Positions 26,901-40,934 of a DNA stretch of 64,000 nt are shown here, piece by piece. Source of the DNA: Trichosphaerium sp. ATCC 40318 (taxonomy: Eukaryota; Protista; Tubulinea); assembly GCA_038496445.1 (NCBI GenBank), contig JALMLS010000085.1, positions 62,001 through 126,000 of the forward strand, read 5' to 3'. The notes below the pieces were generated by a model. That model did not search any database. It saw only the letters and a program-made list of their open reading frames with translations, and had not been told where the DNA came from. The translations under genes and the position numbers were made by a program. How positions within the stretch are numbered: the first letter of the stretch is position 1; every line of letters begins with the position of its first letter.

Positions 26901-27313
26901 ATTTACGAACCTTTTTTTGACCTTCTGGTGTACACGCTGCTATTTCCATAGCGTTTGGAAACACGTATGCCGTATTAGTACGGCGGATCTTAACAATATC
27001 ATCAAATAGGATGGAGTGGCGCTATACAGTGTTAAGATAGCCAAAGAAGGAGTTATACGCACCACAGACTTGAAAATAGGAGAATCAAACGCAATACGCT
27101 TATTTGTAATGTACATACGCCCCTGGCGCAGTATACCTTGTAAATTATACGCACAGGAGTAATCTTGGCGGTTTTAGTAAAGGTAAAATGGAATTAGTTT
27201 TTACCGTCTATCATTTCACGGTCCTTGAAGCCAAACAACGTAAAGAACTCATCCTCCTGTTGTGTTCGTTGAATATCTTGAGGTGGCGTTGAACTGTTCG
27301 TATCATCACTCAT
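23907..27313 (-). CDS. GRAM + VASt (StART-like) domain membrane protein, Lam/GRAMD1/VAD1-type sterol transporter
   Basis: YSCAYNLQGILRQGRMYITNKRIAFDS (GRAM); KDVPYADYFTVE...WRKSTWLKGPIEK (VASt); C-terminal TM helices. Confidence 0.88.
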
Positions 27314-27519
27314 TACACTAACACGTTGTGGTAATGAGAATTCTAGATGGATAGAGAGTGATGCGGAGACTAACGGATGACTTTGGTTTGTGTGAAATTT
27401 TATTTAGTTTGTCCGATGACATTTAACTCTTTTTACATACGCTAACGCTACAACGCTATCAAACAGCTCGGAAAATTAGTATAAAGATGAAAACTTTCGG
27501 TTGCCTTTTTCTCAGCCTA

Positions 27520-27780
27520 ATAAATTACCAGTGCGCACCTTTAGTGCACTATTTACGCCTAGCCGGGCAATATTAGATACACCACGTACCGTTGAGTAGA
27601 TACTTTTCCAACGTAGGAGAATAACTGCCAACACCCCACAAAATCAGACAGCTACTATTTTGTGGACATTGACGCGTTAGCGTGCGACTGTAGGAAGCAG
27701 AAATTTCCAATTGAGATATACCCGACAACGAGATTTTTCAACCTTCTAAATTGTGCACTAAACGCACCGCAAGGTAGATT
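27520..27780 (-). other. Structured non-coding element closed by an inverted repeat
   Basis: TTTAGTGCACTATTTA (27540) pairs with TAAATTGTGCACTAAA (27748), 15/16; internal 9-bp hairpin CCACAAAAT/ATTTTGTGG. Confidence 0.4.
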
Positions 27781-29344
27781 CGGTGCTGCCTAAGCTTTTT
27801 TAAAGGCCATAGTGGACTTATATCGTTTTTTTTCTGCAGCCTTTGTAAATTCGTCGTGAATGCAATGAGGGGCAGGATAGACTAACTTAAGGCGTGTGGG
27901 AGCGTTTGGTATCTTTAGGGTAGACCGTGAGCCAATATCTCTACACAATTTCTTGTCACGTGGTAGAATTTCCCGAAAGTTTGTTTGGAGCTGTTTGGAG
28001 CTACGTGGAGTTTTAGCACGTGTTTAGCGAAGAAAGGCATGTGTACCTAAGCTTACGTTTAACCTGCTTCGTCCAATGACATTGTAATTTTGCAAATCAC
28101 AATTATCTCTGCAATAGATTATGACCACCTCAACCATAACCACTTGACAGCAGTGTAAGTGTGGAGCGAACTTCTACGTTGTCATGGATACTCTTTGAAA
28201 TGTTTTAACCAGAGGTACGGCAAGCTGAGGTATCTAGGAGTAAATGAATTGTTGTTTTTTACCGTGAAAACTTTATGACAAGATGTTGTTAGCGTACTGT
28301 AATTGTAGCTCACTCGGCACAACATTTATGACAGATTGTATTGAACTTGACACCAAGATGGCTTTCTCAGTACCATATGTCACTCTATCAAAACAGTTAA
28401 CTATTTCTGACGCGAATTAATGTATATAAGCGCACTACCTTTGCTTTCACACGTACACTAATCCTATTGCTTACCTGCTGCACTATAAATTATTCCAAGA
28501 GTCTACGATGTCGTTTAAGGGCAATTTACGGTCGCCCATGCGGACGTCGGCTGAAATAAACTTATTTTAGTGTCAGGTTTTTTTGTGAAGGATGTCGTGA
28601 CACTTCACCCTTACACCACTATCGCGTGGGCGGTTTAAGTTACTTTTTTTGCTGTTAGAGACTTTGTTACTCGTTCTCCATTTTCTTCATGACCGATTTG
28701 CGTTATGTATCCACCAACTCTGAAAGCACGCAATGTATGTATTGTTAGTTGTGGCGAGCGAGTTTTAAAACACGGTCAAATAGTTTCTGACATTAATAGC
28801 CAATCTACTTGTAGAACACTCGAGCGCTTCATCGCATTCCTGGCCTTGTTATTTTTTGAGTGCGCTTCTTCGTTTACAGGTTCAGAGTTACTCGTATAGA
28901 CGATTTCTGGACGTCTTTATCGAGCAATGTTCGCTCTTGCTATGTATCTCCTTTGATTGGTGCTGCGTCTCGAGTTAATTAGCATTGGCGATCTAACGTA
29001 AGTATAGCTACGTTAAACTAGTTTTTTCAACCCAACCTCGCTCACAATAGGCACTACATGAGTGTGGTGCTTATTTTGATTACAAGAGGGAAATTAAAAC
29101 CTCGGTTTAATTGGAGGCATACCCGCTATGGTTGTCTACCGAGATTAACGCGGAAAATTAGCATTACGACTTGTCTTCTTCAAAAAAACAAATTTGTGAA
29201 GAAGAAAAACGCTTGTTTCATTTCTACTTTGTACAGGTTTCCTGACATGTCTTCGTCATAGGCTTTCGTTGCTGGTTGCAATGCTCGACGAGTTTAGCAG
29301 CTTTGAATGGCATGAGCATTAGCTTCAACTGCATCCTCAGCGTC

Positions 29345-29433
29345 AACCTCAGTGTAGGTTGATGCAGATCTCACCACTGTAACTTACACCATGAAGCGGT
29401 AGTGAGATCCACATCAACCTCCTCTGAAAGGTC
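29345..29433 (-). ncRNA. Pre-miRNA-like hairpin
   Basis: Minus strand AGGUUGAUGUGGAUCUCACUAC / GUGGUGAGAUCUGCAUCAACCU: 22 contiguous pairs including 3 G:U, plus an imperfect basal stem. Confidence 0.55.
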
Positions 29434-29845
29434 ACCTACAACAACGTGTTATAAAACACATGAACAACAAAAATTGAATAACACAAAACAAACCAAAAAA
29501 AGACATTACTATGTTCTAACTCTTTACCATGTCTTGGAGTTGTCAGGCTCTGTACATGCCTTAAGTGTAAATCCAAAGTTAGCATAATAAAGAGTTTCAA
29601 CACAAATCCTACTTCGTACCCTCACATAGGAGTATGTTCGATGTTGTTTTACTTATACTAGAAAAGATTGACAAGCCATAATACGTATGGGTACAAGGCG
29701 TACTAACCGCTGTTGTCCACATTAACAAGTTCTTGTGCAATAATAGTTTAAAATCACATGCTACACAAAGTTTGAGGACTCTTAAATGTGGTAATTGTAC
29801 ATTGTTTATTTTCGTTGCGTATTTTCTTGGTTTAAACCTTTTTTT

Positions 29846-31742
29846 TCAGCTAACAAAACTATCCTGATAAACAGGCCTTGTAGTCTTACGATACTCAAAT
29901 TTTAAAGATGTTATCTTTTTATGTTTAATCTTAAGTCCGTGGATCTTTCGATATGCTTTTTTCCATTCTCTGTAGTAATGAAAAGAAAGCTCTAAGTCAA
30001 GAAGATCAGTTTGACGAAAGCGTTTAAGAAAAAAATGAGAAGACGAAAGTTGTTACTTTACCTAACACGTCAAGTTCGTATAGTGTATATCGTCTTTTTT
30101 TATTGTTATGACGAACGACAAACTCATCTTCACGACCAACGCCACCATAATTCTGACAGTTATCGTTGTTGTATTTAGCCTTCATTTCTTTTACAAATTC
30201 AGCAAAGAGTTCCTTTAAACAAGTAAGAAATTACGCTCTTAAACTATGTCACGTGATAAAAATACAGGCTGGCTACACTACCTTGGTTCTTTCAAACCCG
30301 GATTTAACTTCTTTATCGTGTGGTAGATGATATAGAGCATTTTCAGAGTCAACCTCTGCTTTGTAGTTTGCTGCAGCAAGTTCACAGAAAAATGAAGATT
30401 TATCTCTTCCACTTATGAACCTATCATCGTACCTTGGTTGATATTAGTTTTCAGTTGTAATATTATCACTGACCGTCTTACCTAGGAAATCCTTTGGCTA
30501 TTATAACATACGGCTCAAAACCACGTATGTATGCTGCTGGGTAAGATGAATTTGCAAGTACATATTTATCGTATAACTGTGGACCTGAGCCTCTTGGGTA
30601 ATACAAGTGACAAGGTTCTAATACATGCGTAGCAAGTAACTCAAGCAAGGAAGATTTTGTTTTAGGAACCTAATCAGTAAGTCACTGCAGTCCACAAGTT
30701 TCGGTGTTGGCAAGATGAAGTGAATGGGAAAGAGTTTTTATGCTGATATTGTAATTGACGTTGTACCATCTTATTGTAGAAGTCCTCGACTAAACTAAGT
30801 ATTTCACCACGCTCACCGAAAGTCTTGGCATAAGGATCGTGAATATCTGGAGTAAACTCGAAGCTTGGAATGGCCAAGTACTTTTTTTCTACAGACTTGT
30901 AAACAAAAAGTTTTAGAAAAAAATTATCAATAGTACGTTGCTTCAACTCCATGAGTTTAGACGTATATCTAGATGATAGCAATCTCTCGTAGATATCCTC
31001 ATTTGGAATGAAATCGACATCAACCAAAAATAGCAAAGAAGCTGTTTCGTTAGAGAGGTCAACAGCAACATTTCGAAGAGTCTATTTAAAGTTAGAAGAA
31101 TGTATAGTTGTATGCTTGCACATTTCATTTTTTTTGTGTATACCAACGCACGTTGTGTGGGTATTCATGATCATTAGGCTTATACTGATGGCCTTTCATA
31201 ACAATGTGCAAGTCAACTGACAAGTCAAGATCATTTGCACAATAATTATACATCACGGAATCTCTTTGCATTTTACTAGTCACATACACTGCAGCTGAAA
31301 TAGGTCCTTTCTATTTCAATTTATATTCAATAACAGTAAATATAAAGTACCAACCCATATTTTAGTCATTAGAGCAAGTCTTGAAAACCTAAAGAGCCAA
31401 AATTTAATGGATAAAAACGTATATAAAATCCCAAAAAAAATCAGAAAATCGGACTTACCTTTCCGCAGATAAATGTGTTACAAGTATTATTTGACTATCG
31501 TTGTAAACCCATCTCGAGTGTATACTCCAAGCCATATCACTTTCGGAGTAACTCGTACAACTAAGAACTTCTGTTTGATAAGTGATACGCTTTATAGACG
31601 TCGTATCGCTGCGTTTTCTACGGTTATTTCTTAGTTTGATAAATGAATGACTGCATTACGCTCTATTGAGCCAAAGAAACCCTAAAACACAGAAAGTAAT
31701 GATCAACAGTAAGCGTAATCGGAAGGAGCCCAATTTTGTCAT
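29846..31742 (-). CDS. Glycosyltransferase family 49 (B4GAT1/LARGE-like), type II membrane protein
   Basis: N-terminal TM; VTHLSAER..WKGPISAAVYV, YPHNTLRNVA, FLVDVDFIP, AIPSFE, GFEPY..., PRYDDRF..GRDK; 3' end approximate. Confidence 0.88.
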
Positions 31743-32288
31743 TTGTTTAATCGATTTAACTTTGGTTTCCGTTTTGCTCCTTTCTATTAACGGTTGTTAC
31801 TAATACGATCTATACATGTTGTAACACAAATGATTTGGTTGATTACCCAATCTATCACGTGACTAAAACGTTTTAAGCCATCTTCACAGCATCAGCGCTT
31901 TAAAATAAGTAACAATCGCGATTGTTTTTGTTTCTAAAACACGTGACGCTTTTATTTGGATGTTGTTTTGTAGATATCCTTTTGGTGCAAAAATGTTTCA
32001 CGTCTATCAACGGTTTTTTTATCAGAGCTTTAGAATATGGTACAATGCCGTCATACTGGCAGAGCATATACAGAAATTGTTTTGTGTTGAATTAGCTGGT
32101 GACACTAGAACATAAAACTATGAATCTAGAAAGCTCACCAGCAACCAAGACACCATACTGCAAGCGTCATAAAAACAGTTGTGATTTTTATTGTGTCTGG
32201 AGTTACCCGTACACTAAACAATACGCCAATGTCACGTGAAGGCACATATTTTTCCATAGCAAAAGTCAACACTTGTTCTCATACACAC

Positions 32289-33437
32289 ATGTACAAGCGA
32301 ACAACTATCCTCTTGTCCCTTTATGTGCTAGGTGCGAATCAATTTTATCATCGATACAACCTAACAGTATATTTTAAAAGCATGTGTGGCTTTGCCACCA
32401 GGAAACTGGGTCCCATACGAAGCCATGACTGACGAGTTTAACAATGGATTTAACTTTTCCAAATGGTGTGGGTTTTTGCCGAAAAAGACTGTTTTGAAAC
32501 AAAGCTCATGTTCTAACGCTTGTATTAGGAATAATCATAACCCAGTATGGCAAGGAAGAGAACCTAGTTGGTTTGATCCCAATAACGTTGAGGTAACAAA
32601 TGGAATGTTGACTCTTACGATGAGACATGCCTCACCGCCCAATGAACCTGCTGGATACCACGACTATACCTCTGCGGCTGTACAGAGTAAAGCTAATACG
32701 GTTTATGGATACTTTGAGATCAAAATGCAGCCTATGGATAGTTTGGGTTAGTTCGAACTTTTTTTGGATGGGGTTTTTTTGAAGGTTGTTTTTGACTTTG
32801 TGTTTGTTCTGTAGGTTCTTCTTCTTGGTGGTTTAGTAAAGGAAAAGGTCCAGATAATGGATGGCGCACAGAAATAGATATTTTCGAACTTGGCGCTGGT
32901 GCACCTGGTCAAGAAAACTCGTTTCATATGAATTTGCACGTTTTTGATTCACCAAATGCTTATCACTCACAATGTCCTCCTGGAGACAAAAAAAGATGGA
33001 ACGGACGTAAGTCACCACCTAATTGATCTAATACATTTAGCTTAAAACGGTTTTATTTAGTGTACACTACACCGTTCAAACTTGCTTCCGGTTTTCATGT
33101 TTATGCTCTTGAATGGACCAAAGAAAAAATAGTATGGTAAGATAGCACAAACTTTTCTCGCTTCTTCGATACTTGCTCTTTTGTTAATGCTTTCAAATAG
33201 GTATGTTGATGGTAAACCAGTTAGGACAGAGGACAACACATGTTTTCACACGTGCGTTTTTCTAAAAATAACTTTTTTTTATCCATAACGAGTTTTACTT
33301 TATTCAGGCCTTTGCACATGGACTTCGATTCTGAGACTATGTATTTCGGACTTCCGCCATTTAATACATTACCTTCTGTTTATAAAATAGACTATGTACG
33401 CGCATACAAGCAAGCAGGTTCCGTTGAAGTACAATAA
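32289..33437 (+). CDS. Glycoside hydrolase family 16, secreted, resembling bacterial beta-porphyranase/agarase-type GH16
   Basis: Signal peptide; TDEFN, WQGREPSWFDPNNV..TNGML.L, YGYFEIKM, catalytic EIDIFE, FHVYALEW, WYVDG, YKIDYVRAY; 6 GT-AG introns. Confidence 0.88.
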
Positions 33438-33489
33438 GTTAGACAAATAAATCTTTAGCATTCTCCCTTTATTGTACTTTACTGTGTTG

Positions 33490-35748
33490 TTATACCCTTT
33501 TCTCTTTTTCTATTGCTATGTGGAGCCCCTCTGTATCTATTATCGACTATAAATGCGGCAGTATTACTTGGTAACGTGACTCTACTCTTGTTCAATGAGA
33601 CAGTCCACTTCTCTGAATGGCAACCTGGGTTTCTTTTATGGAGCCTTTAAATATTTGCTTCTGGCACTCGTTAACGTGTATTTCCTCTGACGTTTGTATC
33701 TTGTAACTATTAACTATACCACTACGGATTGTTCTGCATTTGGAAACATAATAGAAGGTCGTACTAAAACAAACTTTTGTAAATAGCGATAAAAAAAAAC
33801 CAAGTGTTACCTCTGCCTTGTAGTATTCCTATCTTTCGGTTTACTGGTAACGTTGGTGAAGACATAGGCTTTGTATCTGGCTTAATACTAGGCAATACAT
33901 TCGCCATGTCAGGTGCGTATTGTAGTATTGTAGCTATAAGTGTTGCAGTGTCTCCTGACCACCAGTAAGGAACAGGAACTAATGCAATACCTATGCAACG
34001 TCAGATAACCTTTGTACAGCTTTAGCTGTACCTAGCTGTGTACAAATATCAGCTTTTTCAGCATCTATTGCTTCTCTTGAAGATAGTGCTAAGGATTCTG
34101 GAAATATAGATTCGTGGTAGTGTTGCTCACCTAGAAAATAAGGTTGAGATAATTGAATGGGTGTAATTTGAACAGACTGTATTGGCTTCCTTACCTTGAT
34201 ACTCAAATGCTATGCTGTAGTGTGGTATGAAAATATCTACTATAACCTTATGTAACGAAGAGCTAAGCAAGTGATGCTCCTCTTCAATATGTACATGAGA
34301 AGCGAACATCTTCCTTATAAGTTTAAGAAGCCACCTTAACAACAAATATCAGTTAAGTTGTTTTTGTAATAAACTCAGTGACTAAAGCTTACTTTTGTTT
34401 AGCTTTTCTGTTATATCCATGAGTCAAATGTGAGAACTTCCATTCAAAGTTCGGATATGCCATGGAAAGCATATTAAAGTAATTATTTACACCAGCATGC
34501 CCTGCTACTTTACGAACTTGATCTTGGGATATACGATACCTAGAGAAGGTTTAAAGATCATCAAGGCTCGAAGGAGATATGAGATGATGTATTACCAGTC
34601 TCCGGGGTTATCAACTTTAAGTTGCTTCTGAAGAGAATATAAAAAATCAATTTGGGCTGAGTACTCTTGTTGCTTTGCCCATGAACTTAACGTAATTAGA
34701 AAGATGGATCGTAAGTTATAGTACCCTTTAAACTTAGCGGTTAGCCACGATCGGTTAGGGAATGCAGCAGTAAGTGCCTTCGAAAGCGACTTATCAAATC
34801 TAAAAATAAATGAGGAAATTGCCCAAAAAAAAAACACAAACTGTTTTACCTCTTGAGTATTTTTCTTCCTTCCATGCGGGCAGAAAAATCCTTTGTTGTG
34901 ATTTTATACCAGTCTTCCATGTGTTTTATATTCATCTCTTTTCCAAGCCGGTCAACTTTTTCTGTAAGAGGATTAACCTCTTCTTTTGGAGATCTACAAA
35001 GAAACTTAACAAATTTCCTGCAACTTAAAGCCGTCCAACCAACAAACGCACGTATATACAAATGAGGCCCATACTTTCTGAGGATATAACTCTGCGTATA
35101 AATCGCCTAAATTACGTCCGTACCTATCACAAAGTTAGTAATTTGTAAACGAGCCAAACACGTGCTTAGTCAAAATATAACCTGCTCCTTGTTCATTCAA
35201 CTGAGCAATCGTTATTTTGTACCAGTCATCTAGTTCCTTCACTCCTAGCTCGGCAGCGATACAATTAAACTTAAGACGCATGTTACCAATCTCCTGCCAG
35301 AAAGCTCTTGGAGCGTAACTAAAAGCAAAAAGTGTCAAACTTTTTTTTTTCATATTTTTTGATCAAACGTTTGTTCAGCTAAAATAGGTCGTACACAAAT
35401 GACCATGGCTCCCACTTGTATTCTGGGTAAGATGTTGTGACTGCTCTAGATATAGAACCTCCATACCTGTTTTAAAGTAAAAACCTAATCTTTCAGAGGT
35501 TTGTGCCTGTTTAGTATGGATTCACCGCCTACACGTCTTATATCGCGTGTTGAGACTTGATACCACTGCCGTACTAGCTGTACTCTCAATTTTCGTCCAA
35601 GCATGTCAAGATGGCGCCTATTGCGTATAGAACAGACGACATCGCTCAGGTGTTGTTTTACACAATACATACGGCATTGTTGAATATTAATGGTGCGAGT
35701 GACAGTAAAATAAGTAGTGAAGCTGTGTACATTGCTCCAACACTTCAT
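33490..35748 (-). CDS. Protein with repeated 'L.I....DWY.(I/V)' helical units and a C-terminal PD-(D/E)XK (DUF559/Vsr-like) nuclease-fold domain
   Basis: Four repeats (RQWYQVS, DDWYKIT, EDWYKIT, GDWYRIS); VDIFIPHYSIAFEYQGEQHY...D.EK...C..LGI.LVPVPYWW; 3' end approximate. Confidence 0.75.
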
Positions 35749-36020
35749 GCGTGATAGTTATTTGATGTGAAGAGTATAATTTTGACTGTCAAACTTTCAA
35801 GCGCTTAACTTGCAACGTATTGTTTTCTTGGAAGGCCATAACTACGCCAATACAGTAATTACGTGTAAAAATGAGACGCAATCATGTCAAACTAACAGGA
35901 TCAGTTAATCAAAAACAGACACGGCTTAAAAACAAATCTAAAGAGTGTTCTATTTTACGCAACACGTTGATATCACTTACAACGCTTTTATTCATATTTT
36001 CAATTTACAAATTAACAACA

Positions 36021-36696
36021 ATGGAAACAACAAAGACCAAAACAGTGTGGTTCATCAGGTAGTGCTATAAGTACTAGTTTTAAGCTAATAACAACAAGAC
36101 ACGGACAAGCTGAACATAATCTCCGCAAACCGGGGTATCATGACATTCCAGACCCTGTATTAACACCGCTGGGCGTATCGCAAGTGAAATCTATTAGTGT
36201 TCCAAACCACATCGAAGTAATTATTACTTCTCCCTTTGTACGCACTCTACAAACAACAATGATTGGTCTAGAGAGCTTGATAAAGTCTAAACCGATAAAA
36301 ATTATTGCAAATCCTGATATTCAAGAGAGGAACGCTTGGGCTTGTGATACAGGTGCGTCAAACAACGATCACTACTGTAGTGAGTGTTAATTGAACTTCG
36401 TGCTAGGTTCTCCTAAAGATAAGATAGCCGCAGAATTCCCTTCTGTGGACTTTTCCTTACTCCCTAGTAATGATTGGTACAAGAAAGAAGGTGACTACGT
36501 TGCTACAGATGAAGCTGTTGAAGCTAGACTTGGTCGTTTCTTGGTATACCTTGAGCAGCGTCCAGAGAGTGCAATTGCAGTTGTTGCACATCATGGTGTT
36601 CTGAAAGTACTTTTTGATGGCCTTGATTTGAAAAACGGTGAGGTCCAGAAGCGCCAGCTGGTAAAACGCGATGGAAGAATCGTACTTATTAAATAA
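36021..36696 (+). CDS. Histidine phosphatase (phosphoglycerate mutase-like) family protein, 2 introns
   Basis: FIRHGQAEHN, SPFVRTLQT, QE...CDTG and VVAHHG motifs. Confidence 0.92.
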
Positions 36697-37173
36697 TTAA
36701 AGAAGCACGTGTTGCAGAGTAATCGTGTTTTCAAAAAATACTTTTCAGATTGAACATCTTTGCGGAAGCCTATAGGCATACCACGAAAGTAAAATTGAAA
36801 GTGAACAACGTTTTATAAGTGCTATTATTGCCTCAAAGTTTTTTCTAAGTCAGTTTTCGCAACTCCCGCGTTAAGTTTACCTTTTTAGATATTGCTTTGC
36901 TTAAATTGCTTGATTAAGGCGTTCTATTACTGTCACAGTACGAAAATTGCTACTACATACAAACACAAGTGTATTGCGTTGAAATAAAACGACAAAAGGG
37001 TAATTATAGCGTACAGTAGAGAAATTGCCTGCATTAGCGAAGAGCATTATTTATTTACCTCTAAACGCATTAAATCGAGGTGAGCGCGCCATAATAGAGG
37101 ATTTGTAAATTTACTGTAACTCTTACTGAATTTCCGTCTAACTTTGCCAGTTACGCTCTGAGGTTATACAAAA

Positions 37174-40663
<3,490 letters not shown>

Positions 40664-40934
40664 TAAAAAAAAATAAATTGACAAGGAATATTATTTAACA
40701 AAGTACTTGTCATCTGCCGTAACAACAACGGTTTTATTTAATATGCCAACATAACCCAGTACACATAATTAATAAGAAATATTTGTTTCTGTTTCAACGA
40801 ATACAACTCAACGAAGAACTTACTTTTCTGATTGTTTCGCGAAATGATTTTTTTTCAGGAAAAAACGGACGTCTCACAACGTCAAAATCTTTTAGCGCCT
40901 AAGTGATTTGCAAGGCAATTGACCTGTTTATCAG

